Program-made: the position numbers and the translations under genes
Notes under the pieces: model-generated
Seen by the model: the letters and a program-made list of their open reading frames with translations, nothing else
The model's database searches: none
What the model was told of the DNA's origin: nothing
Assembly (NCBI RefSeq): GCF_009914755.1
Contig: NC_060939.1
DNA from: the human T2T-CHM13v2.0 reference genome, Homo sapiens
Length of the DNA stretch: 64,000 nucleotides
Direction: 5' to 3' (one strand)
Shown here: positions 12,691 to 26,320 of the stretch, in pieces
Layout of the letters: each line of letters begins with the position of its first letter
Numbering within the stretch: the first letter of the stretch is position 1

Positions 12691-13910
12691 GGTCTCTCCC
12701 AAGTCTTTTTAAAAAAGGCACATAATCCTAAAATGTGCTTACTTACTGCTTTGCTGTGTTGATCCACCTAGTGACTTATATCTAAAGACTAATTGCTAAA
12801 CAAATTACTGAGGCCTTTCCGAACGCTCCACAGCAACAAAACTTTGTTTTTCCCGTTGCCCCATACCTTCTGTGTCATTTATGTTCCCACTACAGATCAC
12901 AGTGGCAACAACCCCACCCAGAAGAGCCAGGAAAAAACCCTCCCCTCTAACTCACCATAGGGCTTGCCATGTGCTAGCTGTGGTTCTGCTAAGTTGTGCT
13001 GGAAGCTGGAGTGGGCAAGGGCTCAGAAGCCTTCTCTTTCCCCCTTAGTCCATGCCTGGCCCTGCTGTGGGCAGAGCTACGATGACTGACCATGATCATG
13101 TGTGAGCACGGGGCAGTGTGTTTTAAGGGGTGAGCACTGGCAGAGGTGGGTCCAGAAAGGGCCAGCCCACTGAAAACTTCCCAAGTGGGTGAAACTCACC
13201 TTGGCACTTGCTCTCCTCTCTCCTGCCCTCTATCCCATACCCCATGTGTAGCATTCCATTCAAGAAAAGAACTCTGACTTTCAGCTTGTTGACAACTTAT
13301 CTCCTGAAGGTGTTAGCTGACAACTTTTCTGAGGCAGAAGATGTGACCAATATAGGTGCTGGGAGAACGGAAGGAAGGGGTTGAGTTACATTTATTCAGT
13401 ACTTTTTCACTCATTTAAAACTAAGCACACAACTGAGAGGAGTACTCTTCTACTTTTAAGAAATGTTCTTATTGTATCACTGCCGCTAATATACGCTTAT
13501 AGTCTAAAAATATAGAAACAGATTTGAACAAAGAAGAAAACTAAAGTTACACATACTATAGTCCTTTAAAATTTTAGAGCCTTCTAGATCTTTTCATATA
13601 TTTATAAGTGAATATATTTCTTACGTGCCTGTAATCATACTTCTGCTCATCCGATTTAATGTAATTCTATTGTATCTGTAATGGAATAGAAATTCTTGTC
13701 CTTGGATAAGTCACTGGCCCTTTCTATCCTCAGATTCCTCATTAATCAGTAAAGCACGAATACACAGGAAAATTAAGTCGTGAAGCACTAAACCACAGGG
13801 CGGTGCGTGGAGGCAGCCAGGCCATGTGGTGGAAATACTGTGAACTATAACAACCATAGAGATATGAGGAGTGATTATTGATAGGACACATTACCATTTC
13901 CAAGGATTTA

Positions 13911-14297
<387 letters not shown>

Positions 14298-14884
14298 TTA
14301 TCACATCCTGACAGGCGGACCCTTGCTGCAGCCACAGGTGTAGACTGCTCTCTCAATGGCATTTTTTGAAAGTTGTCAGTTTCTTGGTGCTGGAACCTCT
14401 CCCAGCTCAGAAGTTGTCACCTTCAGACTATCTATCTTCTCTAAATGGGATTGGCTTCGAAGAGAATATTTGAAATGTCCCCATATTCAAACTGAAAGGA
14501 GACAGGCTGGACCAGTAAGACCAGCCAAGAGATGTTGAGTTACACATATTGTTTGGGGCCACAGAGCCCTACTCTGTTTCTCCTCCACCTGTCTGATCCC
14601 ACAGTACTAACAATACATTGTCTGTAGGCCCAGTTGTAAAGACTCTCGCCCCTGTGGACTGGCTGTCCTCAGAGGGGAGTCAGGGAATCCCCAGCGGGGC
14701 TGTCATGGAGCTTTGGCCCAGCAGCCCCACAGCTCACTCAGAAATGCACTGCATGCCTGATACAGTGAATGATCATCAGACCGGCCATTGGCGGCTGAGC
14801 ACTTTGCCTTTCTGGGCTTCCGTTTCTTCACTGGAAGCATGAGGGTGTGGAATCCAAGGACTATCAGAATTCCTTCCTGCCCAG

Positions 14885-15002
14885 ATGCCACGAACCTGTA
14901 CGTTTCTGTCCATTTTTGTGTTCTGCTGGTACTCAGGACAGTGCCTGTAATAATGCAGGTACTTTGAAGTATCTGTTGAAGGAATGGGTGATGAATAAAT
15001 GG
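14885..15002 (+). mobile_element. L2 3' end
   Basis: TCTGTCCATTTTTGTGTTC...CAGGACAGTGCCTGTAATAATGCAGGTACT...TGTTGAAGGAATG. Confidence 0.6.
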
Positions 15003-15649
15003 GTGGAAATTCTGTGCTTACGATGAGTGGAAACACAACGGTTGGTGGGAATTAAACTCTTAACACATCACATGGTGACCAAAAATGCTGAGGCCATATC
15101 TGGCCTGCATGGTCTGACATGATTGGAGGCACCCCTGAAGGTGGGAGGATAGAGTAGATTGAATGAGAACTGCTCTTGAACAACTAGGATACAAGGCTGC
15201 TATATGAGGGGCCAGAAAAGATTGCATCAGGGCCTGGAGATGGTAACATTCATGACAGGTATACATCTATGGTTTTGGAGGCATCTCCATATCTGCATTT
15301 CTTATAAGCTTGTGCATATAGTGACACACAGCTATTCGAAAGCCAAAAGTCCCTCAATCCAATGACATTTGGAACAGAACCTGGAGCATAACCTGGAAGG
15401 CACCTGCAGCAGAACCTGGAAGGCACCCTATCTGACCTGGCATCAGCTGACACCTGGCTGTCTACAGCTTTCCATAAGCCCTTGCCAAAGTCTCACACTC
15501 CCCAACAGGCCCATGGACTCAGCAGTACTTGGAGACCAAGTCACTGGGTAGATTATAGAGTTATCCCAGCCCCCATCTTGCTCAACCCCAACCTTGGGTG
15601 CATTGACTTCCCAGTGAAACAGAACATCGAATGACATTTTAAGCACAGT

Positions 15650-16175
15650 GGTACATCTTCTCAGAGAGGGTATTTGGCTATAATATGCTGCAAACTTTAA
15701 AATGTGCATATACTTTGCCTCTGCAGCTTCATTTCTAGGAGATCATTTGAGAAATGCACAAATATATATGCACATGGATGCTCCTTAGTCTCGTTTATAA
15801 GAGAAAAGCTGGGAACAAACTAAATGTCTATTACTACATATCAGCTGAATACATTATGATTTACTGATGAATGAAATATCCCGCATCATAAACATGACGC
15901 ATAAAAATATCACAAAAGATGTCCACAAGCTACTATATCATTGACTAAATAAAACTGTCTATATGATGTAATTAATCCATGTATGTAAGTACATCCAGAT
16001 AGACTGTACAGAGAGAGATGACTGGAAGGATCCTCATGGAAGTTTTAATTTACTACCTGGCTCTTGAGATTTGGGGTAAATTTTCCTCTGTGCTTCCTAT
16101 TTTTCTTTACAGTTGGAACACTTCATGATAAGTGTGTTGTTGATATCAGGAAAAAATTATTATCATTTTGAAATA
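15650..16175 (+). mobile_element. Old L1ME fragment
   Basis: TTTAAAATGTGCATATACTTTG..CAGCTTCATTTCTAGGA, GGAACAAACTAAATGTC, GACTGGAAGGAT. Confidence 0.65.
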
Positions 16176-16614
16176 AAAAATAATTTTATTGGAAGCCTTG
16201 GAAGGGAAAAAGAGTGGAGATCTCTCCAAACAGTTGAAATGAATTTCTAAGCAGGTGCACGCTAGTCACACACATCCTTCCCACCTCTCTGACCAGATAG
16301 GAAGTGCTCAACACATGTGGACCAGTTCCCTACTAGCTGCCAGGTAACCAATACGTGAAGCAAAATGGGGATTCTACAAAGTGAGAGTCCTAAGGAAGCT
16401 CTATCCTATGCGATATGGAATGGAGGCAAAGGATGTGTCCTACTGTCATCTGTAATGTTCACTTCCCAGGACCCAGCCATATACTTGGCAGTAAGTAGCT
16501 GATGAACATTCCAACCATTAGTAAATAACACTTCTTTCAATTTCGAATATAGTCTTTGCAGCTTCCTCTTCCTTCCTACTTCTAACTACAGGGGAACATA
16601 AAAACCTGAAAACC

Positions 16615-16935
<321 letters not shown>

Positions 16936-17089
16936 CTAATCCCTGCAGAATGCAAGCGTCAGATTTTGAGACCATTCAGTCCGATGTTCTCATTTTATAG
17001 AGCAGGATACTCATTCTGGAGAAAATAATTCAAGTTGGCTATTGACAGTGTCTGGATTAGAACCACAGTCTTCCAGCCCTGTTTTCTCC

Positions 17090-17350
17090 TCACCTTCCTC
17101 ACAGCCATGCCCTTGTTTGGGGCCCGTGCTTTCTCTTGTTTGGACTACTGCAACAGTCATCAAGCAAGATTTTCCTCCCATCCTCCCATCTTCTCCAGGT
17201 CACATTCCCTGGCACTAGAGAATCTCTCTGGAACACTGAACTGCCCTGCCCATATCTTTTCCCTGAATAAATCCCTTTAAATGTTCCTCATAGACTCCAG
17301 GACAAAATTCAGACTCCCCTGCATCTCACATGAGCCTTTTGCAACATATT
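17090..17350 (+). mobile_element. L2 fragment
   Basis: TCTCTTGTTTGGACTACTGCAACAG...TAAATCCCTTTAAATGTTCCTCA...CAGGACAAAATTCAGACTCC. Confidence 0.55.
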
Positions 17351-17729
17351 CATGGACCACAGTGGCACCCTGAAGAAATAATCTTTCACACACAACAGCT
17401 GGAAATACTTCATGTTCCTTTATTGTCAAGTAAATGAGGGTTTCTTCCAAGGGACTATCCTGTAACTACTTAATTTAAGGATTAACTAAAACAGGAAGTG
17501 CTAATCAGCTCCTGAAAACACAACCAACATTCTAGGCGGGAAGCTCGTGGAAGCCAACAACAAAAGCATTCGCGCTCAGTATGCCTGCCTTCCCCTTGGA
17601 ACCTAATACATGGTAGGACCTCAGTAAACACTACTTGCCAAATGAATAGACTAAGTAATAATCAGAAGTGGAGAGGTTAAACTAATACAATGGGCAGTGA
17701 AAAGAAAAGCTGTTTTTCGTTTTCTTATA

Positions 17730-17900
17730 CCCCTTAGAACTGAAAAAGACTCTGAGTTTGTCCAATTCGACTCCCTCATTTCACAAGGAAGGCATCTGAA
17801 GCTCAGAGAGACAAAGTGACCGCCCTAAAGTCCCACAGCATGTTCATGGGAGAGTTAGGACTGTGCTGGGAGCTTCTGATGGTTTCCACTGTGCCATGCT
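17730..17900 (-). mobile_element. MIR
   Basis: GTCCAA..CCCTCATTTCACAAGGAAGGCATCTGAAGCTCAGAGAG..AAGTGAC.GCCCTAAAGTCCCACAGC. Confidence 0.7.
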
Positions 17901-18869
17901 GACTCTCCAGGCAAGTCTAAAGTAATGCTGGCAATAATGCACAGAGCTCTAGGCACAGGCTCCTCTGGAAGGTGCCAGACAGCATACAGGCTGGGGCACC
18001 AGGTGTACAGCTAATCATCCCCAGAGAGGTTTACCTGAGCTTCCAAAGGGTTTTTTTCTTTTCTTTCTTTCTTCTTCTTCTTTTTTTAATCTTGAATTGT
18101 TTGGTGAAGAGTGTCTCAAGCCAAGGAGCAGACACACTTGTGTGCCCCGCTCCCACTCTTCCCTCCTTTGTTCTTTTCTTTGAGCTGGGTCCATTGGAGG
18201 AGCATTGTATGGTGCCCCTGCTGGGTCTACAAGGCCCCTTTTTGGTTCAATTAATGAGCCATAAATAACCCAATGAAGGTGTCAACAAAGAGGGTAATTT
18301 ATCATACCTTGTCAAGACGGCAAGCTTTGTGAGGCAAGCGCTCATTCACAGTCTGGTGCAACATGTTAAGATTTATTCCTGGCCAGGTCCCTCCTCCTCC
18401 AGCCCTCCCTCCCCCTATCAAAATTTATCTTTCACAGGAATCCTCACAGGTGTGCTGCTTTGACAAATAAGCTATGAAGTCTGGTATTCATCACTGGCTG
18501 GTCTTTGTTGAGAGGAAGGCAGCGGGAAATAAATTTATGTTAGAGGGAAGGTACTTGTGATTCAAACACACTCAAGGGGAGCAACGAGGTTATTTCCATC
18601 CTCCTGGTTCTGCAAAAGGCGAGAAGGAGATAATGCTAGGACAGCCACTTTCTTCAGTTTTTACTACTTGATGGAAGAACAGCCAGGACTTTACTGAGAT
18701 GCGCACTTAGCTGTCAGTCTGGAGGCTCCAGTCGCATTCTCTTGAAAATGTTTGGTTGGGAAATCTTACAGTGGAGTAGAAAGTGCTACAAGACATCTGA
18801 TATGCCCAGAATCGCCATATCAGGAGGTTTTCCCGCTTCGCTCTTCAACTTCTGGCTTCCCTTGGAGTG

Positions 18870-19070
18870 CTCATCCTGAAGTGTGAGTTTGCATAATAGC
18901 CATCTGGGAGTGCTTGCTAAAATACTGATTCCCAGGCCTCCCCTCCAGCCCCCAGAGATACGGACCTGGGAAGTCTAGGGAGGAGCCCAGGAATGTGTAT
19001 TTTGACAAGCTCGCCTCTGTTCTTGCCTTCAGACGCATATGGTTTATGGAGCACATTTTGGATCAACACG
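18870..19070. mobile_element. MER5A-like element
   Basis: CTTGCTAAAATACTGATTCCCAGGCC...GTCTAGGGAGGAGCCCAGGAATGTGTATTTTGACAAGC. Confidence 0.75.
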
Positions 19071-19089
19071 TGCTGCTTAGAGTCTCTGG

Positions 19090-19297
19090 TGCATGCCTCT
19101 GAACTTTCTGCAATGATGGAAATGCTCTCTATTTGTGTTACTTAATACTGCAGCCACTAGTCTCTTGTGGCTGTTGGGCCCTTGAAATGTGGCTAGTGTG
19201 AGAGAGGAATGGAATTTCTTAATAGTATTTAATTTTAATTTATTGAAATTTATATAGCCATGTGGCTAGCGGCTACCATTTTAGATGGTAGAGCTCT
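19090..19297. mobile_element. MER3
   Basis: GAACTTTCTGCAATGATGGAAATG...CTTGAAATGTGGCTAGTG...TAGCCATGTGGCTAGCGGCTACC. Confidence 0.85.
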
Positions 19298-22289
19298 AGC
19301 CCATCATTCTGCATAGTAGATACAGACGAAAAAGCTCAACATAAGACCTGATATGCCAGTCTCCTCCTACTCTACCCTATTTTCCAGCTAAGAAATACTC
19401 CAAGTCCCTGGAGTGTGCCCTATTTAGTCATTTCTAAACAGGAAGAGGGAGGAGCATATCCTCCCACCTCCATTCTCAAGGTCTATATAAGCCGAGAGAC
19501 AGAAAGATCCAATTTCTTAAGTGCCTTCCATGTGGGACGGTGGGAGGCATCTTTGAGAATTACATATGGTCTCCCAATACAGGGAGGGAAGACAAATATA
19601 CAAGTGACCCAACACCAGGTGGCCCACTATGAAGCTGTAGAAAACACCTATAGATGCAAAGTGCCAGGAGTCCTCAGCCTCCCCTAGCAGATGTGAACAC
19701 TTCCGGACACCAGCCATTCCCTTCCCACTTTGGAATTAATGCAACAGCCTTGTAGCTCATTATGCCCAATTCACTGAAGGAAGTTAGACTTCTGAATTCC
19801 TTCCTTGAAGTGTCCAAGGTAGGTTTCCCACTGTCTGCCCTGTTGAGATGGGACCCACCTCTGTGGTTACACTTTGTATGTGGTGACTGTCATCACCTGC
19901 TCATCTGCTCACCTGTAGACTTTGAGGTCCGTGAGCAGAGATTCCCAATCATTTATCTCTGAGCCAAGAGACCGACCCTGGTGGGGCAAAACCAGTATGT
20001 TCTAAAATGAAATGGCCTCACATCTGCCTATATGAGGCCTCTTACGTCTTGCTTAAGGATAAAAGTGGCCCTTGAAAAACAGAAAGTGGTCTGTTCTCTG
20101 AGGGTAAAAGGGTGTAGGTGTTCCCTTTCTACAGTGTTATGAGAGGGACTTACCCCTTAAATGTGTATTTTAAATGGCAGGGGGAAGAGGGGGAAGACCA
20201 CATGGAAGAGTGACTGGTCCAGGGTCTGGGGAAGAACTCCCTGTCTGTGAGAAAATTCCACCTGGGAAAGAGAAGGTGAGTCTGCCTAGAGCAGCAGATA
20301 GGCTCCAGGTCCATAAGTGGGGCCAGGCAGGCTTACAGGAGTAGGAGGCACGGAGGCACATTGGGAGGTAGGCTGTTCACTGCCCAGAGGCACAAAGCCC
20401 CTGTCCCAGAAGTGAAGGGCAGCCTACAGGCCTCCACTGGATGCCCTGCCACCCACGAACAGCCCCTCCCTGCCCAAGCACTCTTCCTTACTCACTCCTC
20501 TGGCTCCATGGGGAAGCAGAATCCCAACTCATAGCTGCAGGAGGAATAGCTGAAGAGAGAAGAGGCCTGGCTTCAGCTTCCAGAGCTAAGCCCTGCCAAT
20601 CTCCCAGACTCCTGCAGTCTTTCAAGTCTCCGACATTTGATTACTCCTTTCTTCTCATGAAGTGTCCTTATTTTGCCTCTAGAAAACAGGCACTGGTATC
20701 AAGAGTTGCATGGCTGATGCCAAGACTTAATGCTCCAGAGTGTCTTGCACAGGGCCAAAGCTGCCTCTTCTGGCACACACAGAGTTCTACAGAAGGGCCC
20801 CCTTATAGGCCACCAGCCACTGTGAGGACCTCATAAGCAAATGTAAGGGCAGGAAGAGATGGGACATGGTCTGGCAAAAACCTCAGCCTTCTCCCTAAGC
20901 TCTTCTGCCTTATGAGGCTGATAGCTCAGACTCAAAACAGTTGGCTGAGTTCTCCAGCTAAATATTCATTTCTCCAGCTAAATATTGATTCCTTCAATAT
21001 TAACACCATGTCAGGGAGCCATGTTAAGCCATTGCCTCAACTTGGCACTGCAGCTAAACATAATGAAATGCCAGAAATTAGGGTCTAGAATTGATTATGG
21101 TACCAATTCTAATCCTGAATTCTCAAAGCAATATCTAGAAAAATATTGAATCAAGAGTTTTTTTTTTTAAATGAAGATCCTATACTGGAGGGAGATGGGC
21201 AACTTCTATTTGGAATAACAAGCAGTATCAATGTCTTTGAATTCACCTTGAAAACCAATCCTTTGGAGTAGAAAGAATTCATGGTATTTGAAATGTCCAA
21301 GATTACTAATGAGGGGAAAATCTGAGGGACCTGAGAAGGTGGGGTTGCTTGAGAAGCAGTAAAGCTTCTCAAAGAAGAAATGGAGATGCCATGAGCAGCT
21401 GCCTTGGACCAGATTCCAAGGCAGTGTCTTGTAAACTCAGCCACGATTAGGGCTGGGTCATTCTGGACCGTCCTAAAGAGAAACCATTAAAAACCATTAA
21501 TTCCTTCAGATATCACAGCTGCTTACTCATAGTAGCTCATTCATAGGTAAGGAAACTGAGATCTCCCTAAGATCAAATAAGTAACAGGTATGTTAAAAAG
21601 TTTCATTTGTTTACGTGTTACTACCAAGGGCCAAGTTTCTCCATGTAGTGCAAGGAAATAATTTCTGTGCAACAGCTCGAGATATGCAGCTTGAGTTTGC
21701 CTGAAGCCCTGGCACTGTGAATTGCGGCTCCTTCAGATCTTGCAAGCTACCAGCGATTTGGCGGGGTGGGTAACTGGTTGGGAAACCTCCCAGGAAACCA
21801 CAGCTCCTGCAAATGACTCAGTAGGTGGTTCCGACTTCTCTGAGTCAGAACCAAGCCCATGGCCCAGCCCCATGCCAAGACTCCCTGGCATTGTTGAGAT
21901 GCTCTGAGCTTGGCTGGCATGTGACACTGAGGACCTCTGGTGTTTGTCTGCAAAGGGATGAATGCTCTTTCTGATAAGGAACCAAGGAGTGTGGAACAGA
22001 AAAGCAGCTGAATTCTCTCAGTGGCCTGGCTCTCTCTTGCCCCCTCAATCCCTGAAGAGTGTTGATGGCTTCCTACGTCAGACAACCTTTCACTTAAAAA
22101 CTTACTCCTCTTCCTTACCCAGGAGTTTCCAGGTTGCCCCCCACAGTCATGAACTTGCAGACACAGAATGCTTAGTTCTAGTATTGATTCTGCTGCTTCC
22201 CAGGGCTGTGACCCTGAGCAAGTCTCCTACTGTGGGCCTCAAGTATTACCCATCCCAATTTCATCATCAGCCCAATTGTCCTCTAGTGC

Positions 22290-22840
22290 CATGATGATCA
22301 TACTAATCTTCCAACCCAAATTCTCCACTGGCTCCCACTGCCTATGGAATCATGTCCAGACTTCTTAGCCTGGTATTCAAATCCCAATCTATCTTTTAAG
22401 CCTCAGCTTCCTCTATTATTCTCCCTGTAGCCTACGTTCTCAGCAAATTGGACCACTCACTCTCCCTAAATGTACTGTGCATTTCCCATTCCCTGTGCCC
22501 TTGCAGTGCCCTTTTCTTGAGATGCCCTCTCCTTGCCTCTGGAAATTTTGCCTACGCTTCCAGGCTCAGATCAAATGCGACCTCCTCCTCCAAGCAGCTT
22601 CCGCAGCTCTTCTCTTGTGAAGCCCCCTTGATCTCTCACATCACAGTTTGTTGGTACCTTCCTATTGACATAGAACGCATTATTCTGAATCGCAGGCATT
22701 TGTGTGGATGACTTCTCTCTCCTCCTGGATGGCATACTCCTAAAGGAAGAGGGGTGGGGGAGGATGTCTTATTCCCCTTTCAATTTCCCATCATGCCAGG
22801 GTATACACATCTGTACTAATGAACAAATGAATGAATTTAG
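22290..22840 (+). mobile_element. L2
   Basis: GTCCAGACTTCTTAGCCTGGTATTCAA...CTCAGATCAAATGCGACCTCCTCC...GAACAAATGAATGAAT terminus. Confidence 0.7.
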
Positions 22841-23455
22841 AAAATCTAGATGGATGTTCTAAAATTATCTACAGCTGTGGTATTTCATACCAGAGGTGGC
22901 TGCACATCAGTAATAAAAACCAGCCCAGACACAAGCTTTTCATATGGGAAAAAGCAGAGGCACTGGTGCGATCCATTCTGTTGGCCATGAAATGTCTTTG
23001 GGTGTGTGCACACAGACTCCCACAAACCAGATGCAACATCTGCTTTTGAAGGGCCCAGAGAGGCTGGGCTCCCTCATTTCTCAAAGTGATGAGAAGCGCA
23101 TTGGAGTCTTGCAGCTGACAGTCGTTCGGTAAAGAAACACCTACTTAGCATAGCCCCAGCTCCAGCTCCACACCATATGCATCAATAGGGGTGGGTCATA
23201 GTGCCTTCTTGGCAGTAAGCCAGGAGGAGATTTGAGGTTTGGTTTTGCTGTGCTCAACAGGCAGTCCTGATCTACATTAACAAGTCTCCTGCTTCCGTGT
23301 GACTAGCTAACAAGGAGACTGCTGCCTGCCTCATGCAGGGAGACCTTTCCCAAAGCTTGGCACCTGCCCTGTGCTGGCCCAGTGGAGGCCAAATGGGGGA
23401 GCAGAAAGGAAGACATTGCTAAAGTTCTCTTTTCCACTTTCCTTCAAGAGACTAG

Positions 23456-23845
23456 ACCAGTATTCTCAAACTTTAGCAAGGGTCAGAGTCCTCTGGAGGG
23501 CTTGTAAAAAGAAAAAAAAACAAAAACACAGATTGCTGGGCCATAACTCCAGAGTATTTGACTTAGTAGCTCTGGGATAAGGCCCAAGAGTTTGTTGTTG
23601 TTGTTGTTGTTGTTGTTGTTTGTTTGTTTGTTTTTTTCTGATATGAGGTCTCACTATGTGACCCAGGCTGGTCTGGTCTTGAACTACTGGCCTCAAGCAG
23701 TCCTCTTGCTTCAGCCTCCTGAGTTGCTGGGATTACAGGTATGAGTCAATGAGTCATCACACTGGCTCAAGAATTTGCATTTCTAACAAATTTCCAGGTG
23801 ATGCTGATGTTGCCTGTCTGGGAGCCACACTTTGAGAACCACTGT
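23456..23845. mobile_element. MER5A interrupted by an Alu monomer
   Basis: CAGTATTCTCAAAC...CAGATTGCTGGGCC on the left; GAATTTGCATTTCTAACAAATTTCCAGGTGATGCTGATG...CACACTTTGAGAACCACTG on the right. Confidence 0.85.
23595..23767 (-). mobile_element. FLAM-type Alu monomer with (TTG)n/(TTTG)n tail
   Basis: Single arm GGTCTCACTATGTGACCCAGGCTGGTC...CTCAAGCAGTCCTC...GGGATTACAGG; TSD CAAGA(G/A)TTTG at 23585-23594 and 23768-23777. Confidence 0.85.
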
Positions 23846-24069
23846 ATTGGCTACTCCAAAGAAAGGCAAATGAAAGCCCTCAAGCCATCACTGGCTGGAC
23901 AAGAGGTATGACTGTCTCCCTGCCTCCAGGCTCTGCTCCATTACAATCTGTCCTCTACTTTGCCACAGAAAGCACCTTTCTAAAGCACACATCCACCTAT
24001 GCCATTGGCTGCACTGCCTGTTCCTTGCCTATAAAATACAAACTCCACAGCCAAGCTTATGTTGTCTAA

Positions 24070-24180
24070 GCCGTTAACTGTGTGCCAAGCACTGTTCTAA
24101 AACCTCTACACATTATAAGCTCATTTAATCCACATAATTCTATGCAGTAGGTACTATTATTATCCCCATTTTAGAAATAA
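24070..24180 (-). mobile_element. MIR
   Basis: TGTGTGCCAAGCACTGTTCTAA...CTCATTTAATCC...GTAGGTACTATTATTATCCCCATTTTAG. Confidence 0.8.
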
Positions 24181-26114
24181 TGAATCCCACAGGGGGCCCT
24201 CAGGAAATATTTTCTGAATGAATGAATAAAAAGATGCTCACAAGCATTTACACTGTGTACTACAGAGGACTATTTCCATGCCAAAGGAAACCATCAAAAA
24301 GTGAAGAATTGGCTTGCCAACCAGTCATTTGTTCCTGCACTACACCAAATAACCCATTTGCCTGTAATTGGCTGGATATTCTGGCTTTGTGTAGACATCT
24401 CCTCGCTGGGAGAAAAGCCAGAGTTAATCCTTCACAAAGGGTTGTTTAATAATAACCAGAAACTGGAGGAGAGCAGAAAAGAACACAGTGATCCCACACA
24501 AGCTGAGGAAAATGGACTGTTCAAACCCACAGTGTCCATGCTGCCAGTAAGGGCCCTTGGTGTGGCCTGAGGTTTCTTAATTTTTATTATAAAAATAGAA
24601 CATGAATATGTCTCTCCTGATTATCACTACCAAATACACCAGTGAAAACATCTATGGCTACATATTACTCTAATGCAACACTAATGCTTACACTGGAACA
24701 GAAAATCAGGTCATCGTCGAGAGTCTATAAATGGACAGCCCTCTCCATCCATTACTTATTTATGTTTCCCGCCTTTTGCTTAACCGGCCTTGAGGCCCAA
24801 ACAGAGAAACACACCATACATAAAGTTACCAGTCCAGATAAATAAAACATCAGACTCAAATTGGCAGCTTCATCCTTCATTGCTTTGGAGGAGGTGGACT
24901 TCAACAGCCAGATGCTGCACAAATGATCAGCAAAATGTGACCCTTTGAGACCGCAGCAGACAAGTCATTCCTAAGACGTGTATCTTCCCAAAAGTTAGCT
25001 TTGCCCTTTTTAGAGAACATTCTTGTTTACTGCAGACAGAAGACAATGATCCCAAAATAAGTTTGAGCCCAAATCTCTTTGAGTTGGGCAAACTGAGACT
25101 GACATTGTTGAATTCATCACCAGTTGAAGTCAAGGGTTTCCCCATGTGGCCGGCCCTACAGTTACTCAGCCTGAAGGCTCATCATGGTAATATTACCCAT
25201 GGGAAGGTCTGCATAGTAACGAAACCATCAGAGTCCCTGTGCAAAGTTCCAGCAGAAAAACAATGATGCTAGGACCCAATCCTATCTGATGGCCCAGAGG
25301 TATCTATGGCCCTGGGGGAAGCCCTTCTTAGTAAAAGGAAGACCCATCTCCAGGAACAAAATGACTTGCCTTGCTCCTTACAGTCTTCTGTCTATCTACT
25401 CACAGCAGCCATCTCTTAGATTGAACAAAGTAGGATGCTTTTACCTAGTTTTCAGCTTAGCCTTGTGCTAGGCAACCTGTGAAGTGGCTCTGATGGAGAG
25501 AGCTGGTGTAATTAGCAGCACAGGGCACGTTTCCAGAAACAGCCTGGATGGAGAAACAGAGGGCACCCTTGCACACCTGTCACACCTTCAGCCTCTGCTC
25601 AAAAGTGTCCACCTTCTTTGTCCACAGTAGCTACAGAAGTGAAAATGTTTGCCTCGGCATCCTCTCCATCACCGTCACCATCACCTAGCCCCCAAACGGG
25701 GATCACAGTGCTCTATCCACCCCGAGAGCAACTGTGTGCAGTCACCAGCAAGGATGGTTCTGCCAGAGTGACGGGCACTGCCTGTGACCATACAGTGGCA
25801 GCGGTCAAGAAACAAGCCCTTCTGCTCAATACTTCATCTTTTCCTGTGTGCTGAGAATTAAGTACCTCTTAGCTAGTTAGAAAAACTAGCAGTTATTATT
25901 GATGAAATGTGTAAGACAGACATTTTGTTAGGGGCAGAGGAGAAAATAGTAGAAATGTCCAGTCGTTGAGGACTGTCTCTAAAACCATTCAAATCAAACC
26001 ACTTCAAGAAGGATAAAGCACTGTGCTGATGTAAGGGATGGTCATTAGATAAGAGGAGTATTACATCTTATGCTCTGTGAAGGAAAGGGTATAGGTCTTA
26101 TATTTTTTTTTAAT

Positions 26115-26320
26115 CCAATGATAACAACTGCAAACATTTACTTAATGTGTGCTAGGCACCATATGGAGTGCTCTATGTTGGATTATCTCATTTCATCCTC
26201 ACAATTTTATGAGGAATATATCATTATTATCAACCCGTTCAATGGATGAGGAAACCGAGGCATACAGCTGGCAAGTGGCAAAGCCAAAGTTAGAACCCAA
26301 AAGTCTGACACCAAAACTCA
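26115..26320 (-). mobile_element. MIR
   Basis: AACATTTACT..TGTGTGCTAGGCACC...ATCTCATTTCATCCTCACAA...GATGAGGAAACCGAGGCA. Confidence 0.8.

Noticed and set aside
20441-20836. 131-aa ATG ORF; also 61127-61570 (147 aa), 53648-54031 (127 aa), 3064-3423 (119 aa) and 7650-8006 (118 aa)
   Set aside because: No similarity to any protein I recognise, non-coding-like composition, and no promoter or exon context.
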